From assembly GCA_013334865.1 (NCBI GenBank), contig JAAXWS010000001.1:31067-95066 (forward strand): a DNA stretch of 64,000 nt. The letters are read 5' to 3'. Below, piece by piece: positions 19,827 through 30,884 of this stretch. How positions within the stretch are numbered: the stretch's first letter is position 1; the number at the start of each line of letters is the position of its first letter. The position numbers were made by a program, and so were the translations under genes. This stretch comes from Chlorobiaceae bacterium (GTDB lineage: Bacteria > Bacteroidota > Chlorobiia > Chlorobiales > Chlorobiaceae). Under the pieces are notes generated by a model that was not told the origin of the DNA, did not search any database, and was given only the letters and a program-made list of their open reading frames with translations.

Positions 19827-20918
19827 TCAGGATTTACGGTCGAACAGGGGCGACTCCTGGGAGTCGACCTGCTCCCGGGTGAAGCGCCGCACCTCTTCGA
19901 AGATCACCTGCTGGGCCTTCTCGGCAGACATCTGCATGAGGCACCCGGCGGCATTCATGTGGCCGCCGCCACCGTACTGCCCGGCGAGCTGGTTCACGGG
20001 GATCTTCCCCCTGGACCTGAAGCTGACCTTGGCGCGCCCGTCCTGCATCTCGACAATAAGCACGGCGACCCTGACCGTCGGCACGCTCAGCAGGTACCGG
20101 ATGACGATGTCGGTATCGAAAAGCTTGCTCCCGGTCTCTTCGAGCATCTCGCGGGAGATGAAGAGCCAGGATACAAGCCCGTTGTCGAGAATCTTGATGC
20201 TGGCAAGCGAAAGCCCGAGCAGCTTGAGGCCTTCAGGGCTCAGGGAGTTGTAGATCCGGTCGTAGACCATTTCCGGGTTGGCGCCTTTTTCGACAAGAAG
20301 TCCTGCAAGCCGGTAGACATAAGGGGTCGTCTTCGGGAACCTGAACGAACCGGTGTCGGTCATGATGGCAGCGTACAGGGCCGACGCCGAGTCCGGGGTG
20401 AACAGCTCCATTCCCGTCCGGGTGGAGAGTTCGCCGATGAGGTCGCAGATCAGCTCCCCGGTCGACGAGGCATAGTTCTCACAGACCATGACGTCGGCGA
20501 AATCCCTCGGCTCGAGATGATGGTCGATGCAGACGATCCTCAGCTTGCCGAGCTCGCGGGCGAATTCGATATGGGGCCAGAGCTTTCCGGTCCTGTCGTG
20601 ATGGTTCGCGTCGAGCACGACGAGCAGGTCGGACATGCAGATATCCTGGATCAGCTCCTCGTCATTATCCTTGAACACACGGATATCGTAGAACTCCTTG
20701 AAGAAGCGGTAGTTTGCCGGAACATCAGTAGGGTTGCAGATCAGCACCTCCTTGCCGAGGGCCTTGAGGGCTATGGCGAGGGCGATTTCGCAGCCCAATC
20801 CGTCGCCGTCCGAATTCTCGTGGGTGGTGAGCAGGATTGTTTCCGCCTGGAGCATCTCGGTAATGACCGGCTGCCAATCCTGGGAGGAGAGGGTCCGGCC
20901 ACGTTCTGGTATAATCAT
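19827..20918 (-). CDS. nrnA: DHH-family phosphoesterase (NrnA-like oligoribonuclease / pAp phosphatase)
   Basis: 363 aa with HENSDGDGLG, the DHH motif (CIDHH) and the DHHA1 motif GGGGHMNAAG. Confidence 0.8.
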   Translation of the reverse strand: MIIPERGRTLSSQDWQPVITEMLQAETILLTTHENSDGDGLGCEIALAIALKALGKEVLICNPTDVPANYRFFKEFYDIRVFKDNDEELIQDICMSDLLVVLDANHHDRTGKLWPHIEFARELGKLRIVCIDHHLEPRDFADVMVCENYASSTGELICDLIGELSTRTGMELFTPDSASALYAAIMTDTGSFRFPKTTPYVYRLAGLLVEKGANPEMVYDRIYNSLSPEGLKLLGLSLASIKILDNGLVSWLFISREMLEETGSKLFDTDIVIRYLLSVPTVRVAVLIVEMQDGRAKVSFRSRGKIPVNQLAGQYGGGGHMNAAGCLMQMSAEKAQQVIFEEVRRFTREQVDSQESPLFDRKS

Positions 20919-21015
20919 CGGGTCAGGAAAAAATTGTCAAAAAGCGCAACGTCGCTCATCGTCTCAAGATAGATATCTGGCTTGGCCGTTCGGTTGCGGG
21001 GGCTACGGCTCGTCA

Positions 21016-21357
21016 TCAGGCCATCTGCAGGGCAGGCATTTCATCGCAGAACATATCAATGTGGCGCCGGTGCCGGAGGAAGGCATCCCTCCCCCTGTCG
21101 GTGACCCGGTAACTGGTAAGGGGCTTCCGGCTCTCGAAGCTCTTCATGCATTCGACGTATCCTGCAGCTTCGAGTTTGCGAAGGTGGATGCTGAGGTTTC
21201 CGTCGGTTGCCTTGATGCTGTCCCGAAGCTCGACGAACGACGCCTCAGGGACACTCAGCAGATAGGCAAGCGCAGCAAAACGAATCCGGGCATGAATGAC
21301 CTTGTCGAGCAACTGATGATTGAAATCCTTTTTCTCTTTCGACGAGTCGCGGGTCAT
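21016..21357 (-). CDS. Small winged-helix transcriptional regulator
   Basis: 113 aa with the wHTH-like core RIRFAALAYLLSVPEASFVELRDSIKATDGNLSIHLRKLEAAGYV. Confidence 0.65.
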   Translation of the reverse strand: MTRDSSKEKKDFNHQLLDKVIHARIRFAALAYLLSVPEASFVELRDSIKATDGNLSIHLRKLEAAGYVECMKSFESRKPLTSYRVTDRGRDAFLRHRRHIDMFCDEMPALQMA

Positions 21358-21507
21358 TATATTCAGGGAATTTTAGCTGCTGCCTGTACCGGGAATTTAT
21401 TTGTGGCATAAAGTACTTTTTTTATCGCTCAACAACAAGGACGGGGATACATTAATTAAGTCCGGATCCGGTAAAATCTTCCGGCTCCCCAAAGTCATGC
21501 AAAGGAA

Positions 21508-22620
21508 ATGATCGCTGAAGTGAGACCGACGGCAGGAATGCGTCCGAACATCCTTGAGTTCTCCCGTGAACAGCTGGCCGGGATCATGGCTGATCTCGGG
21601 GAACCGAAGTTCCGTGCAGCACAGCTCCATCGATGGCTCTACAGCCAGGAGGCCGCGGATTTTGCATCGATGAGCTCGATCGGCAGCGGAGTGCGGGCGA
21701 AGCTCGCATCATCCTACGACATCCGCCGCCCCTCGGTGGTCCGTTCCGAAAGCGACCGGCAGTCGATCGACGCGGACGGCGACTTGACGACGGAGAAATA
21801 CCTGCTTCGCATGCCCGACGGCGAACTGGTCGAAAGCGTGCTGATCCCGTCGGGTGAACGCCTTACCGCCTGTGTCTCCTCGCAGTCCGGCTGCCCCTTG
21901 CAGTGCCTCTTCTGCGCTACCGGGCGCATGGGCCTGAGGCGCAACCTCCATGCATTCGAGATGGCCTGCCAGGCATTCGCACTCCAGCACGAAGCGCAAC
22001 GCCGGCCGGGCGGCCGCCTCACCAACATCGTCTTCATGGGAATGGGAGAACCGCTCCTGAACCTCGACAACGTGTTCGAGGCGATCTCCACCATGACGGC
22101 CACGGACTACCGTTTCGGCATATCCGAGAAAAGGATCACCATATCGACCGTCGGACTGGTGCCCGGCATCGGGAGGATCGCCTCATCGGGCCTGAAGACC
22201 AAGCTTGCCGTATCGCTGCACAGTGCCGACCAGAAGCAGCGCGAGCAGCTCATGCCGGTGGCCAGGCAGTACCCGCTCGAGGAGCTCGGCAAGGCGATCA
22301 GCGGCTACAACCGGACTACCGGACTGCCCGTAACGCTCGTCTACATGCTGCTTGACGGCGTGAACGATTCACCCGAAGACGCCCGTAAACTGGCACGTTA
22401 CGCAAGGCGGTTTTTGTGCAAAATAAATTTGATTGATTATAACTCAATCGTTAATTTTGAGTTCAGGCCTTCCTATGACGACACCAGAAACGAGTTCGTA
22501 AGGCAGTTGCTGGATGCCGGGTTGCAGGTCACCGTGAGAAAAAGCCAGGGCGCAGCCATCAACGCGGCATGCGGACAGCTGGCCACCCGGCCCGAGCCCT
22601 ACGGCGCCAATCCGCAGTAA
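21508..22620 (+). CDS. rlmN: 23S rRNA/tRNA (adenine-C2)-methyltransferase, radical SAM
   Basis: Motifs are FRAAQLHRWLY, the radical-SAM cluster SQSGCPLQCLFCATG and the C-terminal GAAINAACGQL. An alternative ATG lies at 21538. Confidence 0.9.
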   Translation: MIAEVRPTAGMRPNILEFSREQLAGIMADLGEPKFRAAQLHRWLYSQEAADFASMSSIGSGVRAKLASSYDIRRPSVVRSESDRQSIDADGDLTTEKYLLRMPDGELVESVLIPSGERLTACVSSQSGCPLQCLFCATGRMGLRRNLHAFEMACQAFALQHEAQRRPGGRLTNIVFMGMGEPLLNLDNVFEAISTMTATDYRFGISEKRITISTVGLVPGIGRIASSGLKTKLAVSLHSADQKQREQLMPVARQYPLEELGKAISGYNRTTGLPVTLVYMLLDGVNDSPEDARKLARYARRFLCKINLIDYNSIVNFEFRPSYDDTRNEFVRQLLDAGLQVTVRKSQGAAINAACGQLATRPEPYGANPQ

Positions 22621-22646
22621 TTATTTCTAACCGGCTCATCAGCACC

Positions 22647-24066
<1,420 letters not shown>

Positions 24067-24121
24067 CATAACAGTCCAATACCAATCCAAATAGCGCTAA
24101 TAAGGCGTCTCTGAAAATCGT

Positions 24122-24221
24122 CATGAGCAGTTCGAGTGCAAGGCGACCGGAGCGCAGAAACCGGAGTGTACAACAAGTACATGAGGCTTTCGAGCACCGA
24201 GCAACGCAGCAATCGAATTGC
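24122..24221 (+). repeat. Intergenic repeat element: a degenerate copy (24122-24165) followed by a well-conserved 42-nt copy (24180-24221)
   Basis: catgaggctttcgagcaccgagcaacgcagcaatcgaattgc matches 45859-45900 at 39 of 42 positions by hand alignment. The upstream unit catgagcagttcgagtgcaaggcgaccggagcgcagaaaccgg is a looser relative. Confidence 0.8.
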
Positions 24222-24245
24222 GCCACAGATTTTCAGGGATGTCCT

Positions 24246-26678
24246 ATGTACGCATTCGTTTACGTCGACCGCCTCTACCGGGAAGAGCCATTCTTCGTCT
24301 CCATCGCCGAAGGATTCGGCCATGAGGTGCTGCCCGGTTGCCAGGTCATGCTCTCCATCGCCGGCCACAGCGCATCGGCCTATATAGGCTACGTCTCCGC
24401 AGTGCTTCAGGAACCTGCCGGACAGGAGCCCGAAGGGGAGGTGGTCGACCTCCTTGCCGACGGACGCCCCGTGCTCTCCCCTTCCCTCCTGGAACTGCTC
24501 GCATGGATCTCGGACTATTACCTTGCGAGGCCGGTCGACAGCATCACGACCGCCCTTCCGGCGCCGCTCAGGTCGGTCGTCGACGACGTGGTCGAACTGA
24601 CCGAGTTCCGCCTCGAAAGCCCCGCGCTGAAGGTCAGGGACTCGGGCCTCCGCCGGAAGATCCTGAAGGAGCTTGCCACCGCGAAGCGCCTGACGGTGAG
24701 GCAGCTCAGGAAACGGCTGGGGCGCAGGGAGCTCTACAGGACCATCGCGGAGCTGGAACGGGGCGGCCTGGTCCGGGTCAGCAAGGACTTCGCCGAGACA
24801 AGGCCGAGGACGAGGAGCGGCTGGAGGCTAAGCGGTTCGCAGCCTGAGGAACCCCGGGAACTCCTGTCAAGATCCCCGAAAAAACGTGAGGCTTTCGACC
24901 TGCTGGCAGCGGATCCCGGCAAAGCCCTCTTCCCCGAGGAGGCCGGAGTCTCCCGCGAGATACTCAACGGCCTTGTCGCCATGGGGTTGGCAGAAAAGAT
25001 CGAGATCGAGGTCGGCAGTCCGTTCGCCTCGAAGTTCGACGAACCAAGGAAAACCATCTCGGCCCTAAGCGCCCACCAGCAGGCTGCACTCGAAGCGCTC
25101 ACCGAGTCCGCCGGAAGGGGGGGCTTCCAGACCTTCCTCTTGCACGGGGTGACCGGCAGCGGCAAGACCCTGGTCTACATCGAGCTGCTCCGCAGGGTAC
25201 TCGACGCCGGCAGGACGGCCATCGTGCTCGTGCCGGAAATCGCGCTCACGCCGCAGACGGCCTCACGGTTCCGCCACTACTTCGGCGACGACATCCAGAT
25301 CATGCACAGCGCGATGAGCAGCCAGGAGAAGTACGACGCATGGCACCGGCTGAGGCAGGGCAAGGCCAGGATCGCCCTCGGGGCGCGCTCGACCATCTTC
25401 GCCCCGCTCGAGAACGTCGGGGCCATCATCGTCGACGAGGAACACGACACCGCCTACAAGCAGGACCGGACACCGCGATACCATGCCCGCGACACCGCCG
25501 TCATGCGGGCGAAGCTCGAAAACGCCGTCTGCGTGCTCGGATCGGCGACACCATCGTTCGAGTCCTACACCAACGCGCTCTCGGGCAAATACCGCCTCCT
25601 GGAGCTCCCCCGGCGCATCGACAACGCCTCGCTCCCGAAGATGGGGCTCGTGTGGATGCCCGGAAGCCAGCGGGTCACCCCTTCGATCTCGGGAGCGCTG
25701 TACGATGCGATCCGCAGCCGTCTCGAACGCAACGAGCAGGTCATCCTGCTGCAGAACCGCCGGGGCTTCGCCGGCAGCGTGCTTTGCCTCGACTGCGGCC
25801 ATATCCCCCAATGCCGCCACTGCAACATCCCGATGGTCTACCACGCCTCGGACCAGACCCTCCGCTGCCACTACTGCGGCCACACGACGCCGTACCGGCA
25901 GACCTGCCCGGCATGCTCCTCGGACAGGCTCTTCTACAAGAGCAGCGGCACCGAACGCATCGAAGAGGAGCTCGGGGAGCTCTTCCCTGACGAAAAGATC
26001 CTCAGGATGGATGTGGACACCACCTCCACGAAGGACTCCCACGCCGAGATCCTCGGCGCGTTCCGCGAAAAGCGGTCCCGCATCCTGCTCGGCACGCAGA
26101 TGGTCGCCAAGGGGCTCGACTTCCCCGACGTCACGCTGGTGGGGGTCCTGATGGCGGACATCGGGCTCAACATCCCGGACTTCAGGGCGGCGGAACGCAG
26201 CTATTCGCTGCTGATGCAGGTGGCAGGACGGGCCGGCCGGTCGAAGACACCCGGCGAGGTCATCCTGCAGCTCTACAACCGGGACAACGAGCTGTTCAGG
26301 CATCTCCTCGAGGGTGATTACCGGCGGTTCTACGATGAGGAGATGGCGGTCAGGTCCGAGCTCGGCTACCCTCCGGCCTCGAAGCTCGTGAAGTTCGAAT
26401 TCTCCGCCCCTGACGAAGATGCCGCCGAACAGGGCGCCGCCCTCTTCCTCGAAAAGCTCGAGCCGCTGCTGCCCGAGGGGAAAGGGGCGATCCTCGGCCC
26501 CGCACCGGCCGGCATCAACCGGATCAAAGGACGGTACCGCTACCAGCTCATCCTGAAGCTGTTCGGCATCAAGCTCCCGGCCCCTGCGCTCCGCCGCCTC
26601 CAGAACGAGGTCACTGCGGCCCTCCGCCGCCGGAACCTGACCGTACTGGCCGACGTCGACCCGCAACATCTTCTGTAA
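24246..26678 (+). CDS. priA: Primosomal protein N' (replication restart helicase PriA)
   Basis: 810 aa from the ATG at 24246 (MYAFVYVDR...). It has Walker A GVTGSGKT, the DEEH box and a Cys-rich zinc region CLDCGHIPQCRHC...CHYCGH...CPACSS. Confidence 0.9.
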   Translation: MYAFVYVDRLYREEPFFVSIAEGFGHEVLPGCQVMLSIAGHSASAYIGYVSAVLQEPAGQEPEGEVVDLLADGRPVLSPSLLELLAWISDYYLARPVDSITTALPAPLRSVVDDVVELTEFRLESPALKVRDSGLRRKILKELATAKRLTVRQLRKRLGRRELYRTIAELERGGLVRVSKDFAETRPRTRSGWRLSGSQPEEPRELLSRSPKKREAFDLLAADPGKALFPEEAGVSREILNGLVAMGLAEKIEIEVGSPFASKFDEPRKTISALSAHQQAALEALTESAGRGGFQTFLLHGVTGSGKTLVYIELLRRVLDAGRTAIVLVPEIALTPQTASRFRHYFGDDIQIMHSAMSSQEKYDAWHRLRQGKARIALGARSTIFAPLENVGAIIVDEEHDTAYKQDRTPRYHARDTAVMRAKLENAVCVLGSATPSFESYTNALSGKYRLLELPRRIDNASLPKMGLVWMPGSQRVTPSISGALYDAIRSRLERNEQVILLQNRRGFAGSVLCLDCGHIPQCRHCNIPMVYHASDQTLRCHYCGHTTPYRQTCPACSSDRLFYKSSGTERIEEELGELFPDEKILRMDVDTTSTKDSHAEILGAFREKRSRILLGTQMVAKGLDFPDVTLVGVLMADIGLNIPDFRAAERSYSLLMQVAGRAGRSKTPGEVILQLYNRDNELFRHLLEGDYRRFYDEEMAVRSELGYPPASKLVKFEFSAPDEDAAEQGAALFLEKLEPLLPEGKGAILGPAPAGINRIKGRYRYQLILKLFGIKLPAPALRRLQNEVTAALRRRNLTVLADVDPQHLL

Positions 26679-26762
26679 ACGTTTTTTTTTATCGTACCTT
26701 TCATGATGACAGGATACCGGTGACGACCGGTCGAGACTCTCTAAACCTCATCCGTACCATCC

Positions 26763-27302
26763 ATGACAGACTTCGAATGGAAAAGCGGATACTTCGCCAC
26801 CCGTCCGTTCAAGACGATCGGCGTTATCGCCGCCCTCCTGCTCCGTTACCTCTACACCCTGCTGTTCCTCTACGGCTTCCTGCACAAGGTCGCGCACGGC
26901 TGGATGTGGACCGGCGTCATGACCGAACACTTCACCAAGCGCCTTCTCGAACTGCAGGCGGTCGTGGCCGCCGGGCCCCCATCGCCGGCAGTCACGATCG
27001 CCTCGTTCCAGGCCGTATACCTCCAGAGCTTCGCGATACCCATGGCCATGCCGATAGCATGGATCGTCACCATCGGCGAACTCGTCATCGGAGCATGCCT
27101 GCTCTTCGGCTTCGCCACCAGGTCGAACGCGGCCTTCGGGCTGTTCCTGCTGCTCAATTTCGCCGCAGGCGGGTACTACAACCTGACAATTCCCCCGCTG
27201 CTCCTCATGTCGCTCATGATGATCCTCCTGCCGACCGGTCACTGGCTGGGCCTCGACAGGAAACTCAACCAGAAATATCCGGATTCACCATGGTTCAGAT
27301 AA
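26763..27302 (+). CDS. DoxX/DoxD-like integral membrane protein (tentative)
   Basis: 179 aa with about 4 predicted hydrophobic helices. The family assignment is from general resemblance only. Confidence 0.55.
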   Translation: MTDFEWKSGYFATRPFKTIGVIAALLLRYLYTLLFLYGFLHKVAHGWMWTGVMTEHFTKRLLELQAVVAAGPPSPAVTIASFQAVYLQSFAIPMAMPIAWIVTIGELVIGACLLFGFATRSNAAFGLFLLLNFAAGGYYNLTIPPLLLMSLMMILLPTGHWLGLDRKLNQKYPDSPWFR

Positions 27303-28111
27303 ACCCGATGCGAAAACCGGCATTCCGTGCCCTGGGCACCGTGACGTTGTTTTCATGCCTCGCGTTTCAAACCATACAGAGCTCCCTGAAAGCTGCGGAG
27401 CCGCCGGGAAAACAGGCTCCTTTTGCTGCCGCCGACCGCGCATTCATGGCGTTGCAGTACGAAAAGGCGGATTCGCTCTACGACGCCATGCGCCAATCCA
27501 ATCCCGAGAGTGCCGACCTCTACTGGAAACTCGCCCGACTGAACATCAGCTTAGCCGAAACGTACAGCCCGAATGATACCGAGCGCAGGATGCCGCTCTA
27601 CACGAAAGCCGTCGACTATGCCCGCAAGGCGGTCTCCATCGACAGCACGAATGCTGCCGCCCATACGTGGCTCGCCGCCTCGCTCGCCGTCAAGGCCGAC
27701 AAGACCGGTTCGAAGGAGAAACTTGCCCGCGCAAAGGAGATCAAGCGGGAACTCGACAAGGCGCTCGCCCTGAACCCGCACGACGACGTTGCGTGGTCCA
27801 TCCTCGGCTCCTATTACCGCCAGGTCTCCTCGATCGGATGGATGAGCCGGCTCCTCGGCAACACCTTCGTCGGCAGGATGCCTGAAGGGAACCCGGAGGC
27901 GGCTGAAAAGGCCTTCAAGAAGGCGATAAGCCTCAACCCGAGGGCGATCCGGCACTACCATGAGCTTGCGCTCCTCTACATCGACCAGCACCGCGACGAA
28001 GAGGCGCTGCAGACCCTGCAGGCCGCCGTCAGGAAACCGGTCCTCATGAAAAGCGACCTCCGCCGTCTCGAAGAGATCCGGGAGCTGATAAAGAAAATGT
28101 CGGAAGAGTAG
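27290..28111 (+). CDS. Secreted tetratricopeptide-repeat protein
   Basis: ATG at 27290 overlaps the upstream stop by 13 nt; an alternative start is MRKPAF at 27308. It has a signal-like N-terminus and TPR-like helices (ADSLYDAMRQSNPESADLYWKLARL...). The track ORF from 26720 is read-through. Confidence 0.7.
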   Translation: MVQINPMRKPAFRALGTVTLFSCLAFQTIQSSLKAAEPPGKQAPFAAADRAFMALQYEKADSLYDAMRQSNPESADLYWKLARLNISLAETYSPNDTERRMPLYTKAVDYARKAVSIDSTNAAAHTWLAASLAVKADKTGSKEKLARAKEIKRELDKALALNPHDDVAWSILGSYYRQVSSIGWMSRLLGNTFVGRMPEGNPEAAEKAFKKAISLNPRAIRHYHELALLYIDQHRDEEALQTLQAAVRKPVLMKSDLRRLEEIRELIKKMSEE

Positions 28112-28154
28112 GGGGGAAGGAATTGGTCGGCGCTAGCAGGAAGGAATAGACAGC

Positions 28155-28190
28155 GTGGACAACGTGGACGAAGTGGACTGAGTGGACGCA
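28155..28190. repeat. Four tandem 9-bp units, each starting with GTGGAC
   Basis: gtggacaac gtggacgaa gtggactga gtggacgca, with GTGGAC at 28155, 28164, 28173 and 28182. It lies between the convergent TPR gene (stop 28111) and aroQ (stop 28247). Two copies of ggaaggaat precede it. Confidence 0.9.
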
Positions 28191-28246
28191 GAACAATGTT
28201 GTGAAAAGCCCTCTTATACTTGTCTTCTCAGTCCTCATCTTCCTTT

Positions 28247-28690
28247 TCACTGCCCAGGAAGGCTGAGCACACCCCGCACTCCCAGGTGGTAGCTTTCAGC
28301 CCCGAACCCGCCGATCACGCCTGCACAGACCTCGGAAATCACCGATTTGCGGCGGAACTCTTCACGTGCGTAGACATTCGAGAGGTGAACCTCCACGACG
28401 GGAACCTTCACGGCCGCAATGGCGTCGCGCAGGGCAATCGAGTAGTGGGTCAGTGCGCCGGCATTAAGGACCACACCGGACCAGCCCCCCTGGTCCTCGA
28501 CCTCGAACAGCTTGTCGATCAGCGCCCCCTCGTGTTCGGACTGGAAGAAGCCAAATGCAACCTCGGGAAACGCCTGAACCAGCCCTTCCTCGATCTCTCC
28601 AAGGGTCGTCCGGCCATAGATCTCCGGCTCACGCCTGCCGAGTCGCGACAGGTTCGGCCCGTTCATCACCAGTATGCTGGGTCTGTTCAT
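28247..28690 (-). CDS. aroQ: 3-dehydroquinate dehydratase, type II
   Basis: 147 aa with [21 protein letters not shown] and [12 protein letters not shown]. Confidence 0.9.
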   Translation of the reverse strand: MNRPSILVMNGPNLSRLGRREPEIYGRTTLGEIEEGLVQAFPEVAFGFFQSEHEGALIDKLFEVEDQGGWSGVVLNAGALTHYSIALRDAIAAVKVPVVEVHLSNVYAREEFRRKSVISEVCAGVIGGFGAESYHLGVRGVLSLPGQ

Positions 28691-28794
28691 GCTCTTGCTC
28701 CCTTGGAAAGATTACACGTTATGGGATGATCGTAAAAACTTCCTGCTCATCATCAAGAGTACCGTTTCACATCGAAAGGATGCCCACTCGTCAC

Positions 28795-30279
28795 TTAAAG
28801 GATATACTGGCTCAGGTCCCGGTCGGCGGCAACCTGGCCAAGCTTCTCCCTGACACGGTCGGCATCGATGACCACCCTGCTTTCGGTAATCTGTTCCGGT
28901 ATGCCGAACATGAGCTCTTCGAGCAGGTTGGTCAGGATGGTGTGCAGGCGCCGGGCACCGATATTCTCGACGCTTTCGTTGACCTTGGCCGCGGTCCGGG
29001 CGATCTCCCTGATCGCATCGTCCGTGAACTCGAGCTCGACCCCTTCGGTCATGAGCAGAGCACGGTACTGCTTGATCAGGGCGTTGCGCGGCTGGGTGAG
29101 GATCTTGAAGAAATCATCCTCGGTCAGGCTCTTCAGCTCAACCCTGATCGGGAAACGGCCCTGGAGCTCCGGGATCAGGTCGGAAGGCCGTGCGACATGG
29201 AACGCTCCCGAGGCGATGAACAGCACATGGTCGGTCCTGACCACCCCGTACTTGGTCGTCACGTTCGACCCCTCGACAATCGGCAGCAGGTCGCGCTGGA
29301 CCCCCTCGCGGCTCACGTCAGGGCCCTTGCCGCCGGCACCGGTGGTCGGCGCGGCGATCTTGTCTATCTCGTCGATGAAGACGATACCCGACTCCTCGAC
29401 CTTGCGGAGCGCCTCCTTGACTACCGCATCCATGTCGATCAGCTTCTGCACCTCCTCCTGCTCGAGGAGCTTCCGGGCCTCGGCGATCGTCAGGCGGCGT
29501 TTCTTGCGCTTCTTGGGCATACCGCTCATCAGGTCCTGCATGAAGCCGCCCAGCTCCTCCATCTGGCCGAGGGGACCGAAGATCTGCATCATACCCCCCT
29601 GTCCGTCGCCGCTGGTCTCGATCTCGATCTGGCGGTCCTCCATGCGGCCGCTGCGAAGCCGCTCGAGCATCTTCTGACGGCTTTTGCGGTTGATTTCGCG
29701 TTCCATGCCGCCCTCATCCCCGCTGTCGCCGGAGGAGGCCACCTGGAGCCCCTCCTCCTCGACCGACTCCTCGAGGTCTGAGGTCCCGGTCCCGACCGGC
29801 GGGATCAGGATATCGAGCAGCCGCTCCTCGACGTGCTGCGCCGCCTTTCCACGGACCTCTTCGGACTTTTCGCTGCGAACCATGGCGACCGACTGCTCGG
29901 CGAGGTCGCGGATCATCGATTCGACGTCCCTGCCGACATAGCCGACTTCGGTGAACTTCGAAGCCTCCACCTTTACGAAGGGCGCCCTGGCGAGCTTGGC
30001 GAGGCGGCGGGCAATCTCGGTCTTGCCGACGCCGGTCGGGCCGATCATGATGATGTTGTTCGGCATGATCTCGTCCCGCAGGTCGCCGACGACGTTCTGG
30101 CGGCGGAGCCTGTTGCGCAGGGCGATGGCCACCGATTTCTTCGCCTCCTTCTGGCCGATGATGTATTTGTCGAGCTGTTCGACGATCTGGCCGGGGGTAA
30201 GGTTCTCTCGGTCGATGAGGCTGGGGCCCGCTGCGTAAGGAGTGCTGTCTTCGCTTTTCAGTTCAAGCATGTCGTTCAT
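28795..30279 (-). CDS. hslU: ATP-dependent protease ATPase subunit HslU
   Basis: 494 aa with Walker [16 protein letters not shown], Walker [11 protein letters not shown] and the C-terminal DLSQYIL. Confidence 0.95.
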   Translation of the reverse strand: MNDMLELKSEDSTPYAAGPSLIDRENLTPGQIVEQLDKYIIGQKEAKKSVAIALRNRLRRQNVVGDLRDEIMPNNIIMIGPTGVGKTEIARRLAKLARAPFVKVEASKFTEVGYVGRDVESMIRDLAEQSVAMVRSEKSEEVRGKAAQHVEERLLDILIPPVGTGTSDLEESVEEEGLQVASSGDSGDEGGMEREINRKSRQKMLERLRSGRMEDRQIEIETSGDGQGGMMQIFGPLGQMEELGGFMQDLMSGMPKKRKKRRLTIAEARKLLEQEEVQKLIDMDAVVKEALRKVEESGIVFIDEIDKIAAPTTGAGGKGPDVSREGVQRDLLPIVEGSNVTTKYGVVRTDHVLFIASGAFHVARPSDLIPELQGRFPIRVELKSLTEDDFFKILTQPRNALIKQYRALLMTEGVELEFTDDAIREIARTAAKVNESVENIGARRLHTILTNLLEELMFGIPEQITESRVVIDADRVREKLGQVAADRDLSQYIL

Positions 30280-30322
30280 TCGTGGGTTTCGGTAACCGAC
30301 CGCCTTCTCGACGAAGAAAGGG

Positions 30323-30874
30323 TCAGAGGGTTTCGACGACGATATGGTCGTTCGTGTAGATGCAGATGTCGGCCGCGATCCTGAGGCTTTCGGAGACGAT
30401 CTCGGTGGCCGAAAGGCCCGTGTGCTTCATGAGCGCACGGGCGGCGGCAAGCGCGTACATGCTGCCGCTGCCGATGGCCACGATGCCGTCCTCAGGCTCG
30501 ATCACGTCGCCGGTCCCCGAGATGATCAGGGCCTTTTCAGGGCTGACGATGGCCAGCATCGCCTCGAGGCGGCGCAGGTACTTGTCCGTGCGCCAGTCCC
30601 TGGCAAGTTCGACGGCAGCCCTTTCGAGACGGCCGCTGTAGGCCTCAAGCTTCTCCTCGAACCGGTCGAGCAGCGTCACGGCGTCGGCCGTCGCGCCGGC
30701 GAACCCTGCCACCAGGCGCCCCTGGTAGAGGCGGCGGATCTTCCTGGTGGAGTGCTTCAGCACGGTGTTGCCGAGGGTCATCTGCCCGTCGCTGCCGAGG
30801 GCGGCCTTGCCGTCCCTCAGGACGCCGATGACGGTTGTCGACCTGATCAGTGGCTTCTCCTGGTTCCTGGACAT
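30323..30874 (-). CDS. hslV: ATP-dependent protease subunit HslV
   Basis: 183 aa with the N-terminal Thr nucleophile context STTVIGV and the motif [14 protein letters not shown]. Confidence 0.95.
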   Translation of the reverse strand: MSRNQEKPLIRSTTVIGVLRDGKAALGSDGQMTLGNTVLKHSTRKIRRLYQGRLVAGFAGATADAVTLLDRFEEKLEAYSGRLERAAVELARDWRTDKYLRRLEAMLAIVSPEKALIISGTGDVIEPEDGIVAIGSGSMYALAAARALMKHTGLSATEIVSESLRIAADICIYTNDHIVVETL

Positions 30875-30884
30875 GGAATAACGT

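Noticed and set aside
22391-22405. TGGCAC-containing sigma-54-like site (tggcacgttacgcaa).
   Set aside because: It lies inside the rlmN coding sequence, and the -12 element is GCAA, not TTGC.
24181-24387. Peptide ORF starting at the repeat's ATG and running into priA (MRLSSTEQRSNRIAPQIFRDVLCTH...).
   Set aside because: Beyond the repeat it is simply an out-of-frame overlap of priA with junk-like sequence. Only the first roughly 16 codons are shared with the other copy.
28155-28190. CRISPR array or iteron reading of the GTGGAC repeats.
   Set aside because: The units are 9 bp with no spacers of CRISPR size. There are no cas genes, and no plasmid or phage replication genes nearby.
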